Shown one piece after another: positions 26,463-35,918 of a stretch of 51,695 bases of DNA. Below the pieces are notes generated by a model. It was given only the letters and a program-made list of their open reading frames with translations, made no database searches and was not told where the DNA came from. The translations under genes were made by a program, and so were the position numbers. Location of the stretch: the IMG/VR virus record IMGVR_UViG_3300038321_000080, positions 1-51,695 of that record. The stretch is one strand, 5' to 3'. Origin of the DNA: a virus. Taxonomy: Duplodnaviria; Caudoviricetes. The number at the start of each line of letters is the position of its first letter. The stretch's first letter is position 1.

Positions 26463-27819
26463 CTATTTCACCTCCGTCTATTATAGCTTCTAAATGATTC
26501 TTGTTATTAAGCAAATAAGTAATATAAGAATCAAGGCTTTCTTTCCTGGATAAATTCCTTATAATCATTTCATCAATTTTGCTATCAGCAATAATATCTG
26601 TAATGTATACAGGCTTATCTTGTCCAATCCTATGAACTCTGTCTTCTGACTGTGCCCTGGTACCCCAATCAAAGTCATTAGAATAATAAATCATATTGTT
26701 GCAAAATTGAAGGTTTAAGCCATAACCGCCACAACTCTTGTTTGCTATAAGAAATTGAGAATCTCCAATAAATTTATCTAATTCTTTATCCCTCTTTTTA
26801 AGTGGTATATCGCCATTGAATATAGCTACATCTTTGCCCATTTCTTTAAGTACCTGGCTTATTTCTTCTATTTCAAAAGTATATTTAGTCCAGATTATAT
26901 ACTTTTCATCGGATCCGTCAATATTGTTTAATAAAGCTTCTATCCTTGGATTATCTTTAGGATTTTTGAAGAAAGGTTTATGTTCTAATCTTCCCCCAGT
27001 CTTTGTAATCATTCTTCCACTAGTTATTAACTGCAATGCAGTTAATAATCTATAGATAGTACTAGGTTCAAATTCATCTACATCAGCTAATAAAGAATCC
27101 TTGACGTTTTCATAATGATGGTATTGCCATTCTGTTAGCTCAAAGTAATAATCATAATAATTTTTCTTTGGTAATTTAGTTTCAATTTCTGATTTCTTTA
27201 ATTGATAGCTATATGGAGCTATTTTATTAGTAAGGTAATCAACATTTAAAACTCTTCTAATTCTACCGTATTTATCATATTCTAAATGATTTGCAGCAAA
27301 GCTCCAATACGTTCTATAACCAAAAATTCTACTGTCCAATATATACCATTGGCTATAAAGGTCAGCTTCGTTTCTAGTTACCGGAGTACCATTTAAGATT
27401 AATTTATACTCAGCCAGCTTTGATAATTCAATAATTCTTTGTGTCCTTTTCGCATCCCAGTTTTTCACTAGGCTGCTTTCATCTACAATTATATAAGCTT
27501 TATTCTTTGCCATAACGTCTAATGCTTTTAAATAAGCTCTATCGGACATCGAAATAGATTCTATTCCCATAATTGTAGTATTTTCAAGAAGCCCTCTTGA
27601 ATGTTTTAATATATCCCTTTTTAAATTAGTTTTTACCGAACAGGGGCATAGCCATAGAACATGGTTGATTTTTCCCCTATCATATCTATTTTTTATTAAT
27701 TCTATGGCCGTTCTTGTCTTACCAAGTCCCATATCCATATATAGAGCTCCTACTTTAATTTTTCTAAGTTTCTTATATGCCGGGACTTGGTAAGGAAGTA
27801 AGTTTGTTAAAAGCTCCAT
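26455..27819 (-). CDS. SNF2-family ATPase/helicase
   Basis: MDMGLGKT, IVDESS, LNGTP, GYGLNLQ, QSEDRVHRIGQ. Confidence 0.93.
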   Translation of the reverse strand: MELLTNLLPYQVPAYKKLRKIKVGALYMDMGLGKTRTAIELIKNRYDRGKINHVLWLCPCSVKTNLKRDILKHSRGLLENTTIMGIESISMSDRAYLKALDVMAKNKAYIIVDESSLVKNWDAKRTQRIIELSKLAEYKLILNGTPVTRNEADLYSQWYILDSRIFGYRTYWSFAANHLEYDKYGRIRRVLNVDYLTNKIAPYSYQLKKSEIETKLPKKNYYDYYFELTEWQYHHYENVKDSLLADVDEFEPSTIYRLLTALQLITSGRMITKTGGRLEHKPFFKNPKDNPRIEALLNNIDGSDEKYIIWTKYTFEIEEISQVLKEMGKDVAIFNGDIPLKKRDKELDKFIGDSQFLIANKSCGGYGLNLQFCNNMIYYSNDFDWGTRAQSEDRVHRIGQDKPVYITDIIADSKIDEMIIRNLSRKESLDSYITYLLNNKNHLEAIIDGGEIGA

Positions 27820-27830
27820 ATCATCACCCC

Positions 27831-28220
27831 TTAATCATCAATTAAGTCTGGAATAATATATACATCTGGAATTCCTAACTTTGGTACTTTTCTTTTTTTC
27901 TCAACTTTCTCTATTATATTTTTATTTATCAATTGAAATATTTCCTCAAACTCCTCAACTGATATTTCGTCCTCTTTTAAAATATCGTATTTATTATACT
28001 TACCTCTTCCGTATTTCTTTAATTTAAAAACAAATCCATCAAAGTATTTTAATGTTATTGCATTTGTATGAGGACCTTCTTTAGTTAACTTGTTGGGGTG
28101 CCAAAAGCTGTAGTTCTTATATTGAGAGTTATTTGGCATCTTTATAAGAGTTGCGCTGTCTCCTTCAAAAAGTATATTACTCTTGTTTATGTTTATACTT
28201 TTCAAACACATCATCCCCAT
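27831..28220 (-). CDS. Hypothetical protein ending DLIDD
   Basis: ORF in operon; exact start uncertain. Confidence 0.75.
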   Translation of the reverse strand: MGMMCLKSININKSNILFEGDSATLIKMPNNSQYKNYSFWHPNKLTKEGPHTNAITLKYFDGFVFKLKKYGRGKYNKYDILKEDEISVEEFEEIFQLINKNIIEKVEKKRKVPKLGIPDVYIIPDLIDD

Positions 28221-28476
28221 ATCTAGCCTTTAATGTATCTATGTCTTTATTTGTTAAATCGTCCAGCAAAATCCCATGCTCGAGATTTTGTTCCCCTCCC
28301 CAATTCCAACTATCATTTTGTTCTATATAAAACTTGCCATCTTTGGATATATAGACGTAACAATTTTGATAATCGTCTACATTGTGTCCCGAATTCATTT
28401 TTCTTTGTAAATATATTTCCGTCTCCACTATGTCCATATCAATTAATTTTTTCTTGTTCTTATAAAATGCTTTCAT
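28177..28476 (-). CDS. Hypothetical protein
   Basis: ORF with GGGGG RBS. Confidence 0.65.
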   Translation of the reverse strand: MKAFYKNKKKLIDMDIVETEIYLQRKMNSGHNVDDYQNCYVYISKDGKFYIEQNDSWNWGGEQNLEHGILLDDLTNKDIDTLKARYGDDVFEKYKHKQE

Positions 28477-28488
28477 TATTCATCCCCC

Positions 28489-29643
28489 TTAATCATCTAT
28501 TAAATCTTCTAATATATCTGTGCTAGAATTTAATATTGCTTCTAATCCATCTGCATTTTTTTCTTCCTCAACTGCTGCAGGTATAACCGTTTCAATTTTT
28601 TCTATTTCTTTTTTGTACTCATCTATTAATTTTCTAGCTCCCTTTGAAAACTTAAAGTCGTATAACTCTGCAAATTCTTCTACTTCTTTATAATATTCTA
28701 CTTTAACCATAACTGCAGAATCCCACCTACTGCCTGGTAAGCTTCTAGCAGTCTTATAAAGGCTTTCATTATACCCTTCCCATTTGATAGATAGTTTACC
28801 TTTATGTTCGCCTTTTGTTCTTGCATATATCCATCTGGTGTGTTCCTTTTCGTATTCTCCTTTTATAGCTTTATCTCTTATTTTTTTATCTAATATCATT
28901 ATCGGGAAACCTTTGTTTAATAACTTATTACCTACCTCAGCTACTCTATTTCTATAATCTCCAGTAGTATAGTCTAATTCCTTGCACCACACTCCACTAT
29001 CCCAATAATATCCTAAGCCTTTGACTAGCAGTCTAAAATCTTCATTTTTCTTAAACTTCAATGTGATTTCTTCTGCTGTGAAGCTTATTTCTACAGGTAC
29101 ATCTGTTACTTTGTCCTCTGGATATACTATACTTTCTATTTTTTCTTTCTCTATAAGTTTTTCCTGGTGTTTTTCTTCATCAGGTTTTAACGCATCTTTT
29201 ATTTCATCTTCAATTATTTTAACTATATATCTATCTCTATTGTCTATATAATAGCTTGAAGATATCTTGCTTTCTATTATATAGTCTCTTATATCTATTA
29301 CCTTCTCTTTAGTTAAGTCTAGTTCGTATAAGTCAGATATTTCTTTAATCGTCTCTTCATCTTCGGAAAGGTTTGTAAACTTCTCTATTAGCTCTTGCCT
29401 AAGTGTATTCGCCCAGGAAATTTGTCTAGGAGTACCAGCTAGTTCTGGTAACTCCATTTCCTTTGCTAGTTTTTTAGATTCTTCATTTGCTTTCTGTCTT
29501 CGTTCTTCTAAGTGTCTTTCCCAGCATTCAGGACACATCTTTGAAAATTGTCTATCCGCTTTCCATTGTCTGTCTTTCATAGGGCCTATTATATTAACCC
29601 TGCCTTCGTGTCCACAGTTATAAGTTCCGTAATACCACGCCAT
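28489..29643 (-). CDS. Multidomain protein: Zn-finger, GTxRQIxWA motif, two HARP-like repeats, DLIDD tail
   Basis: CGH...CPEC; LAGTPRQISWANTLR; VKGLGYYWD..VW and YNESLYKTARSLPGSRWD; start trimmed to MAWYYG. Confidence 0.7.
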   Translation of the reverse strand: MAWYYGTYNCGHEGRVNIIGPMKDRQWKADRQFSKMCPECWERHLEERRQKANEESKKLAKEMELPELAGTPRQISWANTLRQELIEKFTNLSEDEETIKEISDLYELDLTKEKVIDIRDYIIESKISSSYYIDNRDRYIVKIIEDEIKDALKPDEEKHQEKLIEKEKIESIVYPEDKVTDVPVEISFTAEEITLKFKKNEDFRLLVKGLGYYWDSGVWCKELDYTTGDYRNRVAEVGNKLLNKGFPIMILDKKIRDKAIKGEYEKEHTRWIYARTKGEHKGKLSIKWEGYNESLYKTARSLPGSRWDSAVMVKVEYYKEVEEFAELYDFKFSKGARKLIDEYKKEIEKIETVIPAAVEEEKNADGLEAILNSSTDILEDLIDD

Positions 29644-29672
29644 ATGATTACCCCTTCCCAGCCTGTCGTTCA

Positions 29673-30317
29673 TTAATAAGTATGTGTTAAAGAAAATAAT
29701 GCTTGTTTGATATCTCCTTCTTCAATTGCTTCAACTGCTATCTTTATTCTAATTATTTTATCTGTTATTGCCTGTTCTCTCTCATCGGTTCCTAATATGT
29801 TTCTTACTAATCTGAAATCATGCAAACCTGTTGCTAGTGTATCTTTTAGTTCTTCCATAGTTGTTTCACCCTCTTGTACTTCTTCGAGCAGGTCTTTTAC
29901 TAAGTAAAATTGTTGATTAATAGCTCTTTCGAGCCTTTCTATTAAAGTTTCTTCTCTAGAATCCCTCTCATATTTACTTCTCCAAGCCTCTAGCCCTGCT
30001 CTGTCAATATAGTAGCAACATCTATAAGCACCGTTCATGTCATAATTTTCATTTCTAGCAAACGTATTATTCAATTCTGTTTCAATTCTTTCATGTATAT
30101 AATCTTCATTAATTTTTGCACTTTCGTCTATGAAGCCACTTAACTCCTCCATTAGATTCTTTACAAAATCTCCTATATAGCCACTATTATCTATATAGTT
30201 TTCCTCTTCCATTTCCTTTTTAATTGCAACTTGAATTTCTTTACCTAGCTCTTTACACTTTTTAATTATAATCTTCGTATCTTCCCATAGTTTTCCATTA
30301 TGATCGCTTGTTTTCAT
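29673..30317 (-). CDS. Hypothetical protein
   Basis: ORF with AAGGAG RBS. Confidence 0.75.
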   Translation of the reverse strand: MKTSDHNGKLWEDTKIIIKKCKELGKEIQVAIKKEMEEENYIDNSGYIGDFVKNLMEELSGFIDESAKINEDYIHERIETELNNTFARNENYDMNGAYRCCYYIDRAGLEAWRSKYERDSREETLIERLERAINQQFYLVKDLLEEVQEGETTMEELKDTLATGLHDFRLVRNILGTDEREQAITDKIIRIKIAVEAIEEGDIKQALFSLTHTY

Positions 30318-30429
30318 CTATATAGTCTCCTTTTTTTATAGTCGCCCTTTTGGGCTACATACAACATTAACTTTAATTTTTCCATTTCGTCATAATATTT
30401 TTCCTCTCTTTCATACTAGGGCTAATACT

Positions 30430-31161
30430 CTATGCTATGTAGCCTTCTCTTTTCACTCCGTATATATCTTCGAATTCTTCGTCTGTCATTTTTTCTGCTT
30501 CTTCATATAATTTGTTATATCTGCTACTATTATTGTTTGTTGCTTTCTTAGCTGTTTCTTTTTCATAGCCTTTTTTGTAGATATAAATTTTTCTGGTTTG
30601 GCTTTCAAACGCTTCTGTTAATTCATCTTTTAGCATGAAGTTTCTTTTATTGTTTCTTATCCATTCTTCTTTCTTTCTGAAAAAATAGCCTTCATTCAAC
30701 TTCTCTATTTCTTTATGACTTTCTCCTAAGATGTAATAGTTTCTATGCCCTATTTTCTCAATTTCTAATTCTTCTATTTCGTTGAAGTATTTATCTATTT
30801 TATTTTTATTATCTTCATATTCTCCTAATATTTCATTTCTCACTTTTTCGTCTACTGTTATACCTAACATTCCTTTTAAGGGTCCTGCCTTTACTTCATC
30901 ATTAAAAGCTATAAGGTTATTCTTCTCTAATTTATTAATATATTCGCTTTCTCCTATTGCTTTCCCTTCAAGGTATACTGTCAATTTTTCAGTTACTTCA
31001 ACTTCAAACTTTAATCCTTTCTTACTAAAGTTTATCATCTCTTCTTCCTCCTCATTTAGAAGGTAGCTAAGACATAATCCGAATTGCACTTGATAATCTA
31101 CCTCATATTTCTTCACCATTTCTCTTGTCATTTTATGTGCCTCTACAAATATCTTTTTCAT
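30430..31161 (-). CDS. Hypothetical protein, first gene of the accessory operon
   Basis: ORF with GGAGG RBS downstream of a consensus promoter. Confidence 0.8.
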   Translation of the reverse strand: MKKIFVEAHKMTREMVKKYEVDYQVQFGLCLSYLLNEEEEEMINFSKKGLKFEVEVTEKLTVYLEGKAIGESEYINKLEKNNLIAFNDEVKAGPLKGMLGITVDEKVRNEILGEYEDNKNKIDKYFNEIEELEIEKIGHRNYYILGESHKEIEKLNEGYFFRKKEEWIRNNKRNFMLKDELTEAFESQTRKIYIYKKGYEKETAKKATNNNSSRYNKLYEEAEKMTDEEFEDIYGVKREGYIA

Positions 31162-31199
31162 CTTTGCTACCTCCTTGTTTTATTTTATCTTATGTATAT

Positions 31200-31235
31200 A
31201 TTATAACCTTTGCAGCATATGATGTCAAGGTTATA
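31200..31235 (-). promoter_or_regulatory. Perfect-consensus sigma-A promoter overlapped by an inverted repeat
   Basis: TTGACA-17-TATAAT (31228..31200); TATAACCTT...AAGGTTATA (31202-31235). Confidence 0.85.
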
Positions 31236-31350
31236 GCGCAACTTTTTTATATTCCATATGTGTTGATATTACTAGCTTACAGTCGTTATGTCTAATAATG
31301 TCGAAATGTTTTTAAAATAAAATACCAAGGCTAAAAACCTTCAAAAACAT

Positions 31351-31383
31351 AAAAAAGAGGTAGGATTTTAATTTTCCTACCTC
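31351..31383 (-). terminator. Terminator after lysis cassette
   Basis: Minus strand GAGGTAGGA...TCCTACCTC-TTTTTT. Confidence 0.75.
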
Positions 31384-31391
31384 AAATTACG

Positions 31392-31483
31392 TAAAATATT
31401 TAATATTGTTTTTAAGCTCGTTATAAGCATTTACAGAGGTCTTAGTATGCTAGTATAGTAATTATATTAGTTGCATTATAAAG
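31392..31483. repeat. Degenerate hairpin-forming direct repeat, copy B
   Basis: Shares blocks with 21228..21321; long stem TTTACAGAGG...CCTCTGTAAA extends to 31494. Confidence 0.7.
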
Positions 31484-31561
31484 TCCTCTGTAAACCTAAA
31501 ATATTAAGTCCATTTTATGTCAGTTTTAGTTTTACTGCAAAAATAAAAAAGACCATGCTTT

Positions 31562-31867
31562 TTAATCTTGGTCCTCATCTTCGACTCTCTTTCTAGTACT
31601 CTGAATTGTAAGTTGATGTACATATACCGCCATACCTGCACAAAGTATACCCTGTAAAATCCCATTTAAAATTATAGGTCCACTGAAGCCTTTATTAAAT
31701 CCTAGTGTCAATATTCCGAGGATAATTCCTATTGTCCCTAATACAATTGGTATAGTCCAATCTTTTACGTATTCAACTTTTTTTAACATCAACCCTATTA
31801 TAATTAAAACTGGAATTAAAATTAAAATCTCTGGTTGAATAAAGTTTAATATTTCTGTTCCTGTCAT
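31562..31867 (-). CDS. Holin
   Basis: Three TM segments, charged tail, next to endolysin. Confidence 0.88.
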   Translation of the reverse strand: MTGTEILNFIQPEILILIPVLIIIGLMLKKVEYVKDWTIPIVLGTIGIILGILTLGFNKGFSGPIILNGILQGILCAGMAVYVHQLTIQSTRKRVEDEDQD

Positions 31868-32646
31868 TATTTTACCTCCTTATATTCTATAATTACATCA
31901 TTGTTGTTTCCGTCTAACTTATATCCTAATCTCTCTAAAAATCTTACTGGAATATAGTTAGTTCCCTCTCTGCATATACCTTCTACCTTTAAATCCTTGC
32001 CATGAAGTTTTACGTTTATTGTGTCTAATTCTTCCTTGCTTTCCTCTTTTACTATTTCTTTCCCTGTAAAGAATTCTAAAGGTTTAGTTCCCATTAGCCT
32101 ATTTAAGTCTAGATTTCCATTGTAACCGTCTAATCTACCTACGCTAGTGAATTGATGTATATCGCAAGAGTAAGAAGGCTTACTGTTAATTGTACCATCA
32201 TTCTTGCCATAGTGAGGAATCCACACTGCATCCACTTCTGACAAATTCAAATTAAACTGCTTGTACAAATGATGAGCTACATAAATACCAATTTTCTTAG
32301 CTCCAAGTTTTCTAAGTTGAGCCACATAAGCAGATAGTCCACTTCTCATATCGCCCATACTTTTCTCTTCCACATCCAGGAACCAGAAGCATGGATTTAA
32401 GTCTTTGGTACGGTTGTAAAAGTCCGTAGCCTCTACCCTCATATCATTTATACTTACTCCCCTAACCCAAGCGTAACAAGCTGTAGGAACCCCTCTCTTT
32501 TGGAATTCCCTATGATGTGTCTTGTAATGCCTGTCTAATGTTCTGCTACCATATTGAGTCCTGATAATTGCTAAATCAACTTGCTTGGCTAACCTATCGT
32601 AATTAATTTTTGATGGATCTTGATGATGTGAAATATCTATAATCAT
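31867..32646 (-). CDS. Endolysin, GH25 muramidase
   Basis: IDISHHQ, LDVEE, HQFTS.G...G.LDLN. Confidence 0.92.
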   Translation of the reverse strand: MIIDISHHQDPSKINYDRLAKQVDLAIIRTQYGSRTLDRHYKTHHREFQKRGVPTACYAWVRGVSINDMRVEATDFYNRTKDLNPCFWFLDVEEKSMGDMRSGLSAYVAQLRKLGAKKIGIYVAHHLYKQFNLNLSEVDAVWIPHYGKNDGTINSKPSYSCDIHQFTSVGRLDGYNGNLDLNRLMGTKPLEFFTGKEIVKEESKEELDTINVKLHGKDLKVEGICREGTNYIPVRFLERLGYKLDGNNNDVIIEYKEVK

Positions 32647-32657
32647 TTTTCTACCTC

Positions 32658-32936
32658 CTACATTAGTTTACCTGCCATTACCGCTGTTACCACTGCGGTT
32701 ACCACTACGGTTATAATAGTTTTTACTGTATCTTCCCAACGGTTGGCAGGTTTTTCTTTTAAGTTTCCTAAATCCTTTGCAATATCCTTTATACTGTCTT
32801 TTATTTCATTTAAGATGTTAAATATCATTTTTATTTCTTGTTTGGATACTGCATCGTTTTTGTGCAATTCTGTTACTGCTTTTTCCAACTCGGATATTCT
32901 GTTTTCTAAATTCGATATTCTTTTTTCATTTTCCAT
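32658..32936 (-). CDS. XhlA-like lysis accessory protein
   Basis: Coiled coil plus C-terminal TM, upstream of endolysin. Confidence 0.7.
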   Translation of the reverse strand: MENEKRISNLENRISELEKAVTELHKNDAVSKQEIKMIFNILNEIKDSIKDIAKDLGNLKEKPANRWEDTVKTIITVVVTAVVTAVMAGKLM

Positions 32937-33000
32937 AGCACCCTCCTGAATTTAATAGAAGGGCATAAAAAATACACCCTTCTAGGTGTTTATCTCTTAA

Positions 33001-33159
33001 TTACTCTTGTTCTGCAAGCAGTAATGATAGTTCTTGATATTCTTCTGTGGTTAATCTATCTCCTGCATAGAATACATCCAACATCTCTTGCATTTTTTCT
33101 TTTGATTCATACCTTTTTTGTTCAATTTTAGCTTTACACAATGCATACACCATATACAT
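33001..33159 (-). CDS. XkdX-like small protein (52 aa)
   Basis: Manual translation ...MQEMLDVFYAGDRLTTEEYQEL. Confidence 0.7.
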   Translation of the reverse strand: MYMVYALCKAKIEQKRYESKEKMQEMLDVFYAGDRLTTEEYQELSLLLAEQE

Positions 33160-33170
33160 ATCCTCCCTCC

Positions 33171-33446
33171 TTATATTCCATATTCCTCTAAAACTAATCT
33201 ATAATCTAAATCTAATGCATAATCACTTAATAACTGTATATCATTATTTTTGTTAATATTTGGTTTGTTCAGCTCTTCGATTTCCTCTTGTGGCATATCC
33301 TCTATCCATTCTTCACCCGTCCACTTAGCACAATATAGGCTATCTGGCGGTCTTATTTTTACACAATCTATAGGAATTTTTTCATACTCAGTTAATATAA
33401 CAGGTTCTACATAAATACTGTTTTTATCAACTCTGTATACTTCCAT
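33171..33446 (-). CDS. Tail-fibre assembly/accessory protein
   Basis: Follows the RBP; P..LY.AKWTGEEWIE pattern. Confidence 0.6.
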   Translation of the reverse strand: MEVYRVDKNSIYVEPVILTEYEKIPIDCVKIRPPDSLYCAKWTGEEWIEDMPQEEIEELNKPNINKNNDIQLLSDYALDLDYRLVLEEYGI

Positions 33447-33462
33447 ATTATCGCCTCCTAAT

Positions 33463-35253
33463 CTAATAACCTGCTCTAAAAGTTGTGTAAACCCTAAAGG
33501 TTCCTGCTTCTATATTGCCAAATACTTTTAATGTACCATCTGTGTTCAAGTTCATGGGGGTTACACTTGTACTATTAGCTCGTATAACTGGGATAGAAAT
33601 TATCTTGGTAGGTCTATATCCTTCTGGTAAAGTTGTTATTATAGTACCGCTTGTTGTTGTACCATCTTTTACTTCTCCATGCAGATTAACTATACCCATA
33701 GAATCCTTAAAATATTGTAAGCCACCAGTCCCATGAGCCCATCCGTTTTGTAGTACAGCTGTTATCCAACTAGGCGCTTCCAATACTGGGGGTAACATAG
33801 TTGGCACTGGTGCAGTATGGATAAAAGGAGCAATTTCTCCCGGATATAAGACTGGTAAAGCTATTTGAACTTCTACTCCTTCGTTTGTATATATATAGGG
33901 TATACTATTGTCGTATCCTATAGCCGTATAATTTACTGCAATTATATGTGTCCACCCATCTTCTGGAGTTATTTCAATATTAGAAGGAGCTAATTCCCCA
34001 TTCTCATACAGCCTTCCGCCATTACTAGTTTTATTCACGATTAAGTTCCCATTTGTTGCTCGTATAAAAAAAGCCATACTACATAATCCTGAGGCTCCTG
34101 GAAGATTTATATCTTTTGTAGTTGATAAAAGATATTTTCCTTGAAATGATAAACTAGTGCCATTTCCCATAGTTGAAGCTACGATATAAAATTCTATTCC
34201 ATATCTTCTCTCGGCCGGCGAATTTGGTTCTAATTTATTAATAGCACTTAAAAGGTCTATTGTTGTCTGATTTAATGCCTCTCTTGTGCCTCCAAAGGTA
34301 CTATTATCATATATAAATTTTCCAACTTCTGCCCAGGGTGTAGAATTATTATAAGGTTTAAAGAACATATTATTAAAATTATTAACAACATTTATCGATG
34401 GCGAAATATTTGAAAACCTGCCGCTATCTGGTAGCATATTATAGACAGGTAGGTTATTTAAGAATTTTGTTTCCTCTTGTATTGCTAATATATCATCAGC
34501 ATTTTGTTTTACAGTTTCAATAGTCCTTCCTTCACCTGCGAGATTATTCACATCTGTTTTATTAGCCTTATTGTTTAATTCCGTTATTACTTGTTCAAAG
34601 TCCGTGCCTACTATAATGTCGTCTAATTCTCCTTTTATAGCATTTCCTTCCACTATAGAGCTGTCTAATTCTGTTTTAGTTAAGTTCCCTTCTGTAATAG
34701 AATTGTCTAAGCCAGTTTTTAATGTATCGCCCTCTTGAATAGATTGATTTAAGCCACTTTCGGTATTAGTTATTTCGTTCATTTTTTCTTCAATTACAGG
34801 TACCGCTTCAACTACATCTCCTACATCTGTAATCAATTTATTCAAAATAGGAAACTCATTTGTAGATTCTATTGTTTCATTGTTTACGATAGCCCGTCTT
34901 ACGAAAAAGTTAAACCTCGTTGTAGTTAATAACTTATTCTCTTGCAATATTCTTACCTCTGCACTAACTTTCCCTGCGGCTGCTATAGTATTTGTTTTAA
35001 GTGTACAAGTTATCTTTCCTTCTATAGCATTTATAATCGTTACTCCGTTTTGTTCGTCTTGCAGAACCGTAGTTCCGTCTCCTTTGGCAAATGCTATTTC
35101 TACGCTTAGTCCTGTTAAATTATAAGGTTCAAAATCTTCTACTATAGCTATGTTTAGTATGTTAGATTCATAGTCATTTTGTACTACCTCAAATTCTTCC
35201 GTTTTTCTATTTCTTTTTATGTCTAATAAGATATCAAATTCTTTTAGTTTCAA
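33463..35253 (-). CDS. BppU-family baseplate upper/receptor-binding protein
   Basis: N-terminal BppU-like domain, coiled repeats, C-terminal LPEGYRP receptor-binding domain. Confidence 0.85.
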   Translation of the reverse strand: MKLKEFDILLDIKRNRKTEEFEVVQNDYESNILNIAIVEDFEPYNLTGLSVEIAFAKGDGTTVLQDEQNGVTIINAIEGKITCTLKTNTIAAAGKVSAEVRILQENKLLTTTRFNFFVRRAIVNNETIESTNEFPILNKLITDVGDVVEAVPVIEEKMNEITNTESGLNQSIQEGDTLKTGLDNSITEGNLTKTELDSSIVEGNAIKGELDDIIVGTDFEQVITELNNKANKTDVNNLAGEGRTIETVKQNADDILAIQEETKFLNNLPVYNMLPDSGRFSNISPSINVVNNFNNMFFKPYNNSTPWAEVGKFIYDNSTFGGTREALNQTTIDLLSAINKLEPNSPAERRYGIEFYIVASTMGNGTSLSFQGKYLLSTTKDINLPGASGLCSMAFFIRATNGNLIVNKTSNGGRLYENGELAPSNIEITPEDGWTHIIAVNYTAIGYDNSIPYIYTNEGVEVQIALPVLYPGEIAPFIHTAPVPTMLPPVLEAPSWITAVLQNGWAHGTGGLQYFKDSMGIVNLHGEVKDGTTTSGTIITTLPEGYRPTKIISIPVIRANSTSVTPMNLNTDGTLKVFGNIEAGTFRVYTTFRAGY

Positions 35254-35266
35254 AATATCACACTCC

Positions 35267-35893
35267 CTAATCTGTATAGATTAACCCATATGCCTTTAAA
35301 GCTCGCAAAAGCTCATTTAACCTACTTACGGCATCACTTAAACTTGCACTAGACATTAAGGTCCATACAGTTTTTTGCCTTATAGGAGAACCTCCAAAAA
35401 AGCCAAGAGTACCATTGTGCTCTAATCTGTCTACTTTTAGTGTACTTAAATCGGCTGTACCGCTTACACTCATACCGTTTGACACTGTAGCTCCATTATT
35501 AAATCTTGCACTTGACCTTACGTTAACTCCACCGTTTAAATTAGCTGTTCCTCCTACATACATTGTCGACGTTACATCTAAAGTCTTTGTTTTTGTGTTA
35601 TTTTCTACTGTTAGGGATTCAAAGTTTCCAGTACTAGTATCTTCGATTGCTTCTTGATACTTTATTTTGTCCATTATTACATAAGTTCCTGCCACACTAG
35701 CTAATAGAACCCTGTCTCCTATAGAGGGTTTATAACTAGCTAAATAAGAATATTCTTTTTCGCTTGGTTCTTCTTCTCCGTCAAATTGTATTTTTGCAGT
35801 TCCGATTTCAAACAGTTCTACCACTGTGCCTAATTTAAAAGGACTTTGCTCCTTACTTTCGGTCATTTCAACTAATTCCTCTGCTGTTATCAC
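35267..35893 (-). CDS. Tail tip/spike-like protein
   Basis: N-terminal OB-like YLASYKPSIGDRVLL plus beta-repeat region. Confidence 0.65.
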   Translation of the reverse strand: MITAEELVEMTESKEQSPFKLGTVVELFEIGTAKIQFDGEEEPSEKEYSYLASYKPSIGDRVLLASVAGTYVIMDKIKYQEAIEDTSTGNFESLTVENNTKTKTLDVTSTMYVGGTANLNGGVNVRSSARFNNGATVSNGMSVSGTADLSTLKVDRLEHNGTLGFFGGSPIRQKTVWTLMSSASLSDAVSRLNELLRALKAYGLIYTD

Positions 35894-35918
35894 GCTTGTA
35901 TCACTCTCCTTGCATTAA

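Noticed and set aside
33463-35253. Diversity-generating retroelement or invertible system acting on the RBP
   Set aside because: No reverse transcriptase, template repeat, invertase or flanking inverted repeats were seen
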